The notes beneath the pieces were generated by a model, which saw only the letters and a program-made list of their open reading frames with translations, searched no databases and was not told the origin of the DNA. A stretch of DNA of 64,000 bases from Puccinia triticina (lineage: Eukaryota). The first letter of the stretch is position 1; every line of letters begins with the position of its first letter. Position numbers and translations under genes: made by a program. Below, piece after piece: positions 12,343-22,821 of this stretch. Where the stretch lies: contig CP110439.1 in the NCBI GenBank assembly GCA_026914245.1, positions 8,618,001 through 8,682,000 on the forward strand, written 5' to 3'.

Positions 12343-14400
12343 CTGCAGAAGAATAACTGTGTTTTTGTTGGACTCATCTCAATTAAATCCCAGAAGGAGC
12401 TTGCCAAACCTGATACAGAGACTGCCATTATTGGTTGAGTGTCATCAATAATCTCTTCTTCAAAAGCAGGATTATTTTCATCATTGGGTAGAGCCCAATT
12501 AGCAAGACACTCAGACATTCTCATGGGAAAAGGCAGGATAGATGTAACTGGAACAGCTGTTTCTTCATCTTCTGCATCATAAGCTGGATTATCTGAATTA
12601 TTTGGAAGAGCCCATCTAGAGAGTCCATCAGCATTTTTATGGACAATACCATCTCTGTGAATTATAGTCATAGACCCACGCCATTCTTGGATGGAAATTT
12701 GCCATCTCAGCATGTGTCTATTTGGTGTTTTCATATTGACCAAAGATCTTAGTGCAATACAATCTGTGATAACATCAAATTCACAACCATCCAAATAATA
12801 GTAAAGCTTATCAAGGGCCCAGACTAGACAAAGACACTCTAGTTGAGAAGCTCCATATTTCTTCTCTGATTCTTTGAGTTGTCTGGATATAAAGCAAATA
12901 GCTCCCTCAATAGGTTTATCATCAATTATTTGGATTTGATGCAATGCTGCTCCTATTCCTTCCATGCACGCGTCGACGTACAATATGAAGCGTAACTTAG
13001 GATCTGGATGGAAGAGCAAAGGAGCATTTGTTAAAGCAAATTTAATTGCTTCATAAGCGGCTACGCGTTCTGCCGTCATTTCGAAAACTACACTAGGGCT
13101 ACACAGTTTATAAAGGCTGGAAGCCATAGCGCCAAAGTTCTTAATGTGTAACCTGTAATATCCTGCAAAACCTAAAAACATTTGCATTTCTTTTAAGTTC
13201 TGTGGTATAGGTTTTAAAAGAACTGCAGCCACTCTGTGCTTGTCAATTCCTAAAGAAAGTCCACTAACAATGTGTCCTAAAGCTTTTAACTCAGAAAAAC
13301 CAAATTGACACTTCGAGAGTGAAATTTTCATATTCATTTTTGTGACTTTATTTAGGACTATTTTCAATCTGCACAAATGATCATCCCAATTATCTGAGAA
13401 GACAATAATATCATCTATGTAGACAATGAGCCAAAGCTGATTTAATTCATTGGCAAACTCACTATCCATCATTCTCTGAAAATGTGATGGTGCATTCTTA
13501 ATACCAAAAGGCATGCGCAAATATTCAAATACTCCTAAATGGCAGACTATTCTCAAAAATTGTCTGCTGTCTGGGTGAATAACATTTTGGTGAAATCCTT
13601 TAAGTACATCCATGCAAGTGATGTATTTAGAGTTGTGAAGTTTACTCAAGGATTCCATAATTTTAGGCATAGGATACCTGTCAGGATTAGTATAGGTGTT
13701 AAGTGCCCTAAATTCTCCTACTAGTCTTGACTTGTTGTTATGCCAGGCTATAATAACTGGTGTAGTTATATCAACTAATTCATTTGCTCCAACTTTTCTA
13801 ATTACTTTAAGTTTAAGTAGAGCCTGTATATGTTCTTCCAAAGCTTCTCTGCTTCTAGGACTAGCAGGATATGGTGCTTTACAAAGTACTGGAGGATAAG
13901 GTCTATCAATACTTAAAGTAATCTTAACTTCATGCCCCTTGATTGCGCCAAATGGCTCTTCTATTGTGGCAAAGGCTGATTTATTGTCAAAAAGTAATTG
14001 AAATAATTGTTTTCTCTGAATTTCAGAGAGGTTCACATTTATTTTAGAACTCTCAATTACTTCTTGGGTGAAAGCTTCTTGTGATGATTGAGTCATAGCT
14101 ACTACACTGTTTTTGTCTTTCACAAATTGATGTTTAAAATTATCTGTACCAATTTTGAAATAACTGCCTGAGTCATTCATAATGGAAATCTTAAAGTGGC
14201 TTAAGTAGTCATTTCCTATTATGAAGTAGTTGACAACTGCGTTTTCAATGACTATGAAATCAGTGGGAAAAACATAGTTGCCAAACTTAAGATGGACTTT
14301 AACTATTCCCAGAGTGTTAAGCTTATCTGAGCAACTGTGAAATTTGTCACAAGATTTCGATATGACAAATTTTTCCCAATCAGGGCAGAATTTAGATAAA
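12270..14400 (-). pseudogene. Gypsy pol: protease C-half, reverse transcriptase, RNase H
   Basis: [23 protein letters not shown]-like and NADGLSR motifs. Interrupted at 14400/14401 by a Helitron. Confidence 0.95.
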
Positions 14401-16901
14401 CTAGAGGCCAAGGCGGCTTCGCCGCTGCAAATTTAGGGGTTCAGGTACAATTTCTCATCAGTCCCTTTCCCCATTCTTCTCCACAGGCCAGTAAATGCCC
14501 TCTTGAAAGCAAATGTTAAATATGAAATGCATTCATAAACTCCAGAATATGTAAAAGGATAGATACATAAATAAAACCCTGAGACCCTTATCAGCATTTT
14601 ATTAAATTCCCTTATCCTATTCCAGTACTGATGGGTCTTTTCATTTCACTTTGAATGGACATCTGCATAGATTAGCCTGAGTAAGTTAGCCTTGTTGCCT
14701 GGAACTGGGAGTTGAATTTGGTGTTGAGGTTAAATGGGAATCCTAAAGTATACATGATAAGCTTGATGCCTTCCCATCATTGAAATGAAAATCATATCTG
14801 CTGAACAGATTTGTCATTCCACCAGCTCAAATTTTGACAGTCTCCATTGATTTGAAAAAGCTTTCAGTTTGCCTAAGTAGCTGGAGAGTTTGAAAGTCCA
14901 ATATGGTTGTCACTGAGCCTTATTATAATTTATTCCAACTTTAAAGTCAGATACAAGAAAAAATATCAAAACAACAATTCTTGTTTCCTGAGGAAAAAAC
15001 AAGATCAGATTGATCACTGGTATTCAAGCAGTGGCATCAAGAAGACCAGAAAACAAGAAAAAAATTCAGGCCAAAGACAGGCAGGCTAGCTTGATAATTG
15101 ATTGCTACAATGTGGAGCTAGGAAAGATTTTAACCAGTGAGCAAGGGAGAAGGAATTGCTCAAGACAGACCGGTCATCAAGGGAAATAACACCTCCTCTT
15201 GATGACCGGCCATCACCGGTCATTGAGAGGAGTAGCACCTAACCTCAATGACGGGTACACACCGGTCATCCATTCTACGTACCTACCACAACGTAGGCCC
15301 CTCCAGGGACTTGGTTGTGGTGGTGTCTGAGAGACCCTTCTCTACGCGAGGTTTTGGGAGGGGTTTCTTCTTTCTTCTTACTTCTTACAGGTTCAGGGAG
15401 GCGCGTTGGTTTCGCCATTGTGCCTCCCCTAGGCCGGCCTGAACCCGTTGGGCGGGGGCTCCAAGTCGGCCGTGTGTGGGTCAGGGGGGGCTTTCCATCC
15501 CGTGTCTCTCGGGCTTCCGACGACTCTTCAGATTCAACTCTGTCTTGGTGGCTCAAGAGGGGTGAAAACCTCCTGGAGTAAAAGAAAAGGAGCACGCTCT
15601 TGGGGGATCGGAGCTAGACCCTACAGTCTATGCTTACGTCCCCCCTGTGTGCTATTTGACAGGGTGGGTGGGTGGTGCTGAAAAGAAAAATAGGTAGGAA
15701 CCGTAGGAGATGTGAGCGATGGGAGAACAATGGGAGCTGAGGTCATGGAGAGGGCGTGGAGAACGCCCCTTTTTATGCCTCGTCAGCTCCTTTCTCCCCT
15801 TGGGGCCCATCCTTGGGTCGCTCACCAAACCACGTGTCTCAGAGACGTAAACGCCTCTGCAGCCGTGTCAACGGCTGTCTAGGAAGAGGCTTGGGCGCTT
15901 CCCTTTGCCACCTGAGGCTTCACCTAACTTAACTAAGTCCCTCCGTTTGTGGAGGGGGGACGCCGTCCCGCAGGGACCCTCCGAATCGCCGGTCATCAAG
16001 GGGAGTAACATCTCCTCTCGATGACCGGTCTGTGCCGGTCACCAAGGGGAGTAGCACCTCCTCTCGATGACCGGTCTTTACCGGCCATCGAGGGGAATCA
16101 CACCTCCTCGCGTTGACCGGTATACACCGGTCATCCAGAGGAGGTGTTATTCCCCTCGATGACCGGTGTGTACCAGTCATCAAGGGGAGGTGCTACTCCT
16201 CCCGATGACCGGTGTGTCCCGGACATCAAGGGGAGGTGTTAATACCCTCGATGACCGGTGTGTACCGGACATCGAGGGGAGGTTCTACTCCTCTCGATGA
16301 CCGGCACAGACCGGTCATCGAGGGCAGATGTTACTGGTGGCGTTTGTTCCATGGCGGTGGCGTTTTTGCCATGGCAGTGGCGCTTTTGCCACAGCAGTGG
16401 CGTTTTTGTCACGGCAGTGGCGTTTTTGCCATGGCAGTTGGTGGCAGTTGCGCGGCAAGTGAGGCCCGCGGGGGCTTGGGTATATAAGACCGCGAGCTGG
16501 CCAGTCAAATTCTCCCCCCAGCCGCATCCGTTTTGTCTGTAATTCCAGCTGGCGGTGCGTCTCACGCTCTCCCGCTGCTGCATATGCATTTGCACAGCCT
16601 GGGGGGTTAAAGAGCTGGCCCCCACTTAGCAGATTGCCACCGCGCTGCTGGGGGCCTTCCTTACATACTGTTTGACCCATCCGGTGAGTTGGGCGGCAGT
16701 ATGGGCCTGGGTGCAGCAGCTTCGGCTGGTGTTGGGCTAGGTTGCGTTTTTTGCAGAGGCTTTTCTCAGATAGGGGAAGCCTTTTTTGTTTTTGTGTGAT
16801 TAAAAGATAGGGAAAACCCTTTCTTTGTTGTTTTGTGGATAAAAAATAGGGGAAACCCTTGAATTTTTTTCCCACAAAACTCTGGTTTTAATAAACTTGG
16901 A
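14401..16901 (-). mobile_element. Non-autonomous Helitron inserted in the Gypsy protease
   Basis: On the minus strand it starts TC (16901) after an A and ends with hairpin GCGGC-GAA-GCCGC plus CTAG (14401) before a T. No TSD. Removing it restores GQN-Y-LSKFC in frame. Confidence 0.93.
15986..16445. repeat. Tandem arrays: GATGACCGG...CCGGTCATC units followed by ~22-bp ATGGCAGTGGCGTTTTTGCC units
   Basis: Repeat units directly visible. Related units at 15165-15270 and 38430-38740. Confidence 0.85.
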
Positions 16902-17083
16902 TAATTCTGTCCTACAACTGACTTGAAAGCTCCAGAGTCTAACAGGACTTTACATGTTTTTTCACGACATGTCATGGAAACAATCTTATTGCTACCACTG
17001 ATAGGTGTGATGAAATAATCCAAAGTGTTAGGAATTACACAGAGGACATTTGGATCAGCCTTCTGGTTTCCAGAATCACTTTC
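16902..17083 (-). pseudogene. Gypsy pol N-terminus with aspartic protease active site
   Basis: VLLDSGAFKS motif; same frame as gag across a single TGA. Confidence 0.9.
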
Positions 17084-19867
17084 TCAATCTGCTTCAGGTT
17101 TTTCTGTGTCATCCTCATCACCTATAGCAGCTACTTTCTTGGAATTTTTAGGGCAATTCCTTGAAGTATGTCCTGTCTTATCACAAGAATAACATTTGAC
17201 TTCAGTATTGGACTTAGTTGAATTATCCTGACTCTTGTCTGATCCATTAGGATTAGAGTAAGTTTTGCCATTCTGCATATAACCAGGTTTTCTCTTGCCT
17301 ATGTTAGTATATTCTGCAATATCTTCCAAAGCATTAATAAGAGAAGTTAAAGTCTGATTGTCTTTCATTGTATTTTGAGCAGCAAAACTAACATCACCTT
17401 CCATTTGGGTCAAAAGCTTAAACATAAGACTTTCATGATTTGTTTGAGGTTCACAAGCCATGATCCTCTTATACTGTCTTGTGACCCAAGTTGCTGCTGG
17501 TGTACTACCAGGAACAAATTTGTCTTTCTGGTAAATAATAAGAAGTCTGCGTCTCCACGCTGGAGTCCCATACTTCTGATTTATTGCATCTTTCCAAAAG
17601 GACCAAGGTTTATCTCCTACCATAGATCTAACACTGGAAAACCATGCATGAGCTACACCAGTGAACATGTTTTTCAATTTAGAAGTAATAACAATGTCTT
17701 CAATTCTAGAGTCTTGTTGGATTGTATCAATCCATTCAATAAAGTCTACATGATTATACTCTCCTTCTCCAGAGAAGGTAGGCCAGGCTTCCATTTTAGA
17801 CAAGCCTTGTAGTATAACTTTACTGGACTCTTGAGAAATATCCTGTCTAGTTGTTATTTGAGGATGGTGAGGAGTAGTCACAGGAATTTCAAACAATTCA
17901 TCAAGTCTACCAGGATCCATTTCTGTTTTGGTCTGGTTGACATTGAAAAAATTCTCTTTTCCTTGTTGTCTAGGCACTGCTTGTGGAGTTGGGCCAGGAG
18001 CAAAGGTGCTTGGATTAACATTTACATTACTTGATGGAGCACTTGAGTTAGCAACTAAAGTAGTGCTTAGAGTTTTCAACTCTTCCAATTTATCAAGTAA
18101 AGTAGAAAAGCGCTCTTCATTCTTTTTCTCCATTGAAAAAATTCTCTCATTAATGTCTTTAATAGGTTGTTCTCCTATTTCTACAAGGAAATCAAGTTTA
18201 TTATTAACTTCTTTAAGGAGCTCATGCTCAAACTTAAGTTCAGAGATTTTTTCATGGCAAGAACAAATTTGCTCTGAAGTTTTATGGCTTGTAGAAGTTC
18301 CTACAGCTGGTGGTAATTCAACAGAATGACACTTCTCAACATTCTTTCCTTTATGCTTGCTGGCTTGAGCAGTCAGATTTGAAGGAGGAAAAAAGTCAAG
18401 AGAATTATTGTGAGAAAGGTTCAAAGAAGCTTGTTCACTCAAAGGCTTCAATTTATTGGCAAACTCATTTAAGTTGTTTTTATTGTCTTCTAGCTTGTCA
18501 TACACCAGTGCGAAAAGATTATCAAACGCTTTTTTGGAGAGGTCTTCTCTTTTATTAAGTTCTGTTAAAGTGTCACGGATATTTTTAATATCAAAAGTGG
18601 AAACACTTTGTTTGATTACGGCATCAAGCTTAGAAGAGACATCTTTACAATTTTTGTTTGTATCTACAAGTAGCGGGGACTGTTTGTACAGATATTCTAC
18701 TTGAGGTACCGTTCTAACAAGTTGTTGCAAAGTCGCGATGGAGTTATCGGAAGAAAAAATGAGAGAGCGAAACTTTTGCTCGTACAAATCGGACTGTCTA
18801 TTCAGTGTATTACTCAAGTTAATAGTTACCTCGCTGTTAACCTGTTTCGATAACAACGAGCAATTAGAATCTACAACCTTTTCAATGCTTGTGAAAAGGT
18901 TCTTTAAGATAGGAATTAACTCACTAGAAGTTAACCCTCGTACATCATTTCGTCCTCTTGGAGTTGACGATGATTGTCGTACCCTCCGTTCTGATTTCGC
19001 AAGGACTCGAGCGCCTGGTATTGCGCTTGAGTCGTCCGATTGAGCCGTATCATCTCGCAGTGGATCGACATTTGATGAGACATGCGGCGTCTGTCCCGTC
19101 TGCGTGACGAGTCCGCTGGAGGATTCTCGTAGGGTAGGGCCCGAGGTGTCCAGTTCTGCTGTTGACGTGCTCCTCGACCTCTTTGCCTCTGGTTGTTCCT
19201 CGGCTGTTGGTCTCAATGGTTCTGACTTGCTCTTGGGACATTTGGTTGTTGGGTGGGAGCGGTCGAGTGAGGATACACCGGCGGAGGCATGGTGCTGTAC
19301 GTCAAGGGAGTTATGGCTTCCTGGTTGGGCAGCACTGGTTGCGCCAAGGGTGGAGGATCTGTCACCATCGGTTGGTGGCCGGATGGTTGAGGAATCGAGG
19401 GGAGAGACTTCTTTTGGATCGGAGGAGTCGGGAGCTCCACGGTTGGTGCAGGAGGAGTCGGGCTCCATAACTCCATGGGTTGCGGCCCGGGAGTCGGAGT
19501 CGGTTCCTGTCCTCTTTTCCTCAAATAGTTCCTGTGCTTCGGGCCTGACTGGTAGTCTTCCCACTCCGCCTGAATGTCCCAATCCCCATAGAGGGATCGG
19601 AACTGATCCGGGCTGATGATATGGACGATCGTCGAGTTGAGATTCATTGCTGCTTCCAGGCAGAGGATCATCATGTCGTCGTCGTCCTTCTCCTTCGCTA
19701 GATTCCGTCCGTCCAGCTGGCTTTTCAAGCCCTGGAGCATCGGATGTATCCGGGGGTTGAGGTTTTTTAGCGTGTCGGCCTCTAGGGGCCCCGGTAAGAT
19801 CTTGCGCCTCGAGCAAAGCTGGGCGGTTGCTCCTGGTGCGCGATCGGGATGAATTATTAGAACTCAT
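17084..19867 (-). CDS. Gypsy gag, 927 aa
   Basis: Capsid-like region (PTFSGEG...AHAWF) and CCHC knuckle CYSCDKTGHTSRNC; long disordered and coiled-coil N-terminus. Confidence 0.93.
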   Translation of the reverse strand: MSSNNSSRSRTRSNRPALLEAQDLTGAPRGRHAKKPQPPDTSDAPGLEKPAGRTESSEGEGRRRHDDPLPGSSNESQLDDRPYHQPGSVPIPLWGLGHSGGVGRLPVRPEAQELFEEKRTGTDSDSRAATHGVMEPDSSCTNRGAPDSSDPKEVSPLDSSTIRPPTDGDRSSTLGATSAAQPGSHNSLDVQHHASAGVSSLDRSHPTTKCPKSKSEPLRPTAEEQPEAKRSRSTSTAELDTSGPTLRESSSGLVTQTGQTPHVSSNVDPLRDDTAQSDDSSAIPGARVLAKSERRVRQSSSTPRGRNDVRGLTSSELIPILKNLFTSIEKVVDSNCSLLSKQVNSEVTINLSNTLNRQSDLYEQKFRSLIFSSDNSIATLQQLVRTVPQVEYLYKQSPLLVDTNKNCKDVSSKLDAVIKQSVSTFDIKNIRDTLTELNKREDLSKKAFDNLFALVYDKLEDNKNNLNEFANKLKPLSEQASLNLSHNNSLDFFPPSNLTAQASKHKGKNVEKCHSVELPPAVGTSTSHKTSEQICSCHEKISELKFEHELLKEVNNKLDFLVEIGEQPIKDINERIFSMEKKNEERFSTLLDKLEELKTLSTTLVANSSAPSSNVNVNPSTFAPGPTPQAVPRQQGKENFFNVNQTKTEMDPGRLDELFEIPVTTPHHPQITTRQDISQESSKVILQGLSKMEAWPTFSGEGEYNHVDFIEWIDTIQQDSRIEDIVITSKLKNMFTGVAHAWFSSVRSMVGDKPWSFWKDAINQKYGTPAWRRRLLIIYQKDKFVPGSTPAATWVTRQYKRIMACEPQTNHESLMFKLLTQMEGDVSFAAQNTMKDNQTLTSLINALEDIAEYTNIGKRKPGYMQNGKTYSNPNGSDKSQDNSTKSNTEVKCYSCDKTGHTSRNCPKNSKKVAAIGDEDDTEKPEAD

Positions 19868-19897
19868 CGTTAATAGATATAATTCAACAGATTAGCA

Positions 19898-21506
19898 CTA
19901 ACCCGTAATAATATCCAAGTCGCTGCTGTCAGCAGGGGGATAGGACTCTTGAGAGTCTTCGGAGCTAGGGATGATAGACGAGGTAGTCGAGTAATTCGAG
20001 ACTACAGTTCGTCCTTGAGGAACGAAATAATTTGCTAGCTTCTCTCGTGTTTTCTGATCGAAAGAACCGTTGTCAAATACTGATTTTTTGACAGAAGAAC
20101 CGCTAGTGGATGGTTGATTGCTAGTAGTAGCGAGTTTCGGTTCAACTTGCGGCTTCTGGTCGGCTTTAGGGATGACCTTCTTAATCTTGATCTGATTAAG
20201 AGAGCTAGAAGGGTCTCGGTCGATCAGCTTCGACACCGGCTCGGCGCTTTTGAAGGGATCTGTCAGCTCCGGTCTCTTGTGTGACTCGGAGTTGATAGGA
20301 TTTAGAGTTCGCGCTGTAGCGGCTAGGATAGCGGCCAGCGGAATGGGGCCACACTATAACCTTTTCAGGCCAATGGGAAAGAAACCACACCTCGACGCTG
20401 AATAGCGGAGGGGCTAGCTCCCTTACAAAGGTAAGGGGACGCGGCGATGACTCGAGCCAGGCGCCGTAGCTTAGAACACCAAAGGTTTATTTTCTAAGTT
20501 ACAGGTGTGATAACAATCACCTGTAACTAGAAAATGCACAAGTAGAGGTCGAAAAAAGCTGTAAGGGAAGGATAAAGTTATTTGATTATTGTAAACCCCA
20601 CTCACTATTGATTTTATAGTAAGGTTGGCGGGTTTTGTATGTGTAATAATCTTGGGGGGAAAGATCTCTCCAGAGGAAAGATCCCCCCCTTTTATATTAC
20701 AGGGACCTGATCCTCCTTCGAGTCAAGGCCCCAGAGGGATCCTTAAATCCAAGGAGGGAGAAGAGGTCCACGGAATTCAGAGGAGGAATTACATGAATAA
20801 TTATGTAATCTCTCTATGTATGGTAAATCCATAGAGAGATATACTCCATTAGTACATTATTATTCTCAATCAAGGTAAATACATAATAAGTGTGAAATCA
20901 TACAGTTTAGTACATATAAAGTGATGATTGCAACAAAAGTAATATTATAACACAACAGGAGGGGTTGAACACAGGACCTTACACAAGATCTAGATCAACC
21001 TTGAGGTAGTCTTTAGCCATTGGGTTACATTAGATGTAATTATCTTCGTAGGCACATGGACAATTGTCTCAGTGGCTGACAGGATCGGCCGTTGGGACCG
21101 TCTTTTTGATTTTGGGCTTCGTTGGTACCGGTTTAGCGGGGGTGGCTGAAGTAGCAGGGAGAGTCCTAGCCTTTAAAAACGGGGAAGGGATCTCCGTGTT
21201 CGCTTCTGGCTCCTTGGTCACCTCTTGGTCCCACTCGGGTGGTACCACTTCTGGACTCTTAGGTTTCTTAACAATCCTAGGTTTCTTCGTCACGGTGCGC
21301 GAACTTTCCGAGGCGGCCGTCGGAACCTTCTTGATAGGTTGCTTAACAATTCGGGGAGCAGGGTCTGACAAGAGCGCTCCAGGAGACGGAGGAGTAGTGG
21401 ATCGGACTGCTCCTGAGTAAGTAATCTTGGAAGGGGCGGCGGACACTGAGAGGTACACAACGACGTATACAGCTTTAGCAATCAGTCCTCTCCTGATAAA
21501 TACCAA
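19898..21506 (-). pseudogene. Extra Pro/Lys/Ser-rich ORF upstream of gag, split by a solo LTR
   Basis: ORFs 21069-21506 and 19898-20236 join in frame (...TADPFKSAEPVSKLID...) when 20261-21081 and one TSD copy are removed. Confidence 0.6.
20261..21081 (-). mobile_element. Solo LTR of a related Gypsy family
   Basis: TGTCAG...CTGACA ends; 5-bp TSD GGATC (20256-20260, 21082-21086). Homologous to, but diverged from, the host LTRs. Confidence 0.93.
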
Positions 21507-21835
21507 AATATAGAGAGCTCACTTTTATCGAGTTATAACTGGATTTGAAGTGGAGGGATTTGTTTTTGAGCGGTTGTACGGGCGCTGATTTTTGAGAAAG
21601 GTTTGATCGATCTGCGGGTTTTAAAGGAAAACGCAGAGGTTAGATCCGAGATTTCAGCAATATGAAGAGCTATGTTCAACGCGGTATGGAAGCGGAAGTA
21701 GAGAAGTTTGAAATATCAGAGGGAATCTCGTTGAGTCAAGGATGCGGAGCTCTGAAGAGCGGAGGAAGTCAACGAGATAGTAAATTTTCAGAGTTGGAGT
21801 TTAACTCTTAGGTTAGGTGGTACACAGGAATGAAT

Positions 21836-21853
21836 TTCCCGGCCAGACCCCCA
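21836..21853 (-). promoter_or_regulatory. Primer-binding site, probably tRNA-Pro
   Basis: TGGGGGTCTGGCCGGGAA, 2 nt downstream of the 5' LTR; resembles canonical Pro PBS TGGGGGCTCGTCCGGGAT. Confidence 0.75.
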
Positions 21854-21855
21854 GT

Positions 21856-22821
21856 TGTCAGCTCCCGTCTCTTATGTGACGAGGGGCTGATGGGTTTTGG
21901 ATTACGTGCTGTAGCGGCTTGGGCAGCGGCCAGCGAAAACAGGGCCGCACTATAGCTATTACAGCCAGTGGGAATAAACCACACCTCGACGCTGAATAGC
22001 GGAGGGGCTAGCTCCCTTACAAAAGTAAGGGGACGCGGCAATGACTCAAGCCAGGCGCCGTAGCTTCAAACAAAAGAGAGGTTATTTTCTAGGTTACAGG
22101 TGTGATAACAATCACCTGTACCTAGAAATTACACGAGTTGAGGTCGAAGGAGCTGTAAAGGAAAAGATAGGGTTAGTTGATTATTGAAAACCCCACTCAC
22201 TATTGTTTTATAGTAAGTTTGGCGGGTTTGTATGTGTAATAATCTTGGGGGGAAATCTCTCCAGGGGAAAGATCCCCCCTTTTATATTACAGGATCAGCT
22301 CCCTCCTTCGAGTCAAGGTCCTGAGGGATCCTTAACTCCAAGGAGGAGTGAACACGGAATTCAGAAGGGGGTTTACATAAATATGTATGTAATCACCCTA
22401 ATTGTAAATATATTAAGCTTAATCAGGATAAATAAACAGAGAGATAAGATTATCTCTCTCTGTATAAACAGATATGTAATCAATGTGAAATAAGATTAAT
22501 TACATACTCAAAAGAGTGTAAAATAGGTACTAAATACATAATAATAGTACATTGAAATAAAAGGTACATAATTCATGTAATGACAGGGAATTGAACTCTT
22601 GACTTTATGTACATGAGTCAATCATTAAAGAAGTCTTTAACCACACAGCGGGCAATCGGGTGTCGCACGCAGCCCGCAGCGACACCCGCGTAAAGGGGGT
22701 CCCCTTGGCTCGGGTGTCGCTGCGGGCTGCGTGCGACATCCGATTGCCCGCTGTGCCATTAGGCTATAAGACATATACTCTGCATTGTAGACACATGGAC
22801 TTAGTGTCTCAGTGTCTGACA
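21856..22821 (-). repeat. 5' LTR of the Gypsy element (contains a MITE)
   Basis: Matches 9970-10820 apart from a 115-bp insertion and about seven substitutions counted by eye. Confidence 0.97.
22644..22755. mobile_element. 112-bp CAC-ended hairpin MITE (CMC/CACTA-like)
   Basis: About 45-bp TIR CACAGCGGGCAATCGG...; 3-bp TSD CCA; empty site visible in the 3' LTR. Confidence 0.93.

Larger units (their letters stand above)
9970..22821 (-). mobile_element. Full-length Ty3/Gypsy (chromovirus-type) LTR retrotransposon with nested insertions
   Basis: Two near-identical 851-bp TGTCAG...CTGACA LTRs; 5-bp TSD TATGC (9965-9969, 22822-22826); PBS, PPT, and gag-PR-RT-RH-IN-chromodomain order. Confidence 0.97.

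Noticed and set aside
15986..16330. Regularly spaced palindromic repeats that look CRISPR-like (also at 38430-38740)
   Set aside because: The spacers are similar to each other rather than unique, there are no cas genes, and the context is eukaryotic. These are transposon-internal tandem arrays.
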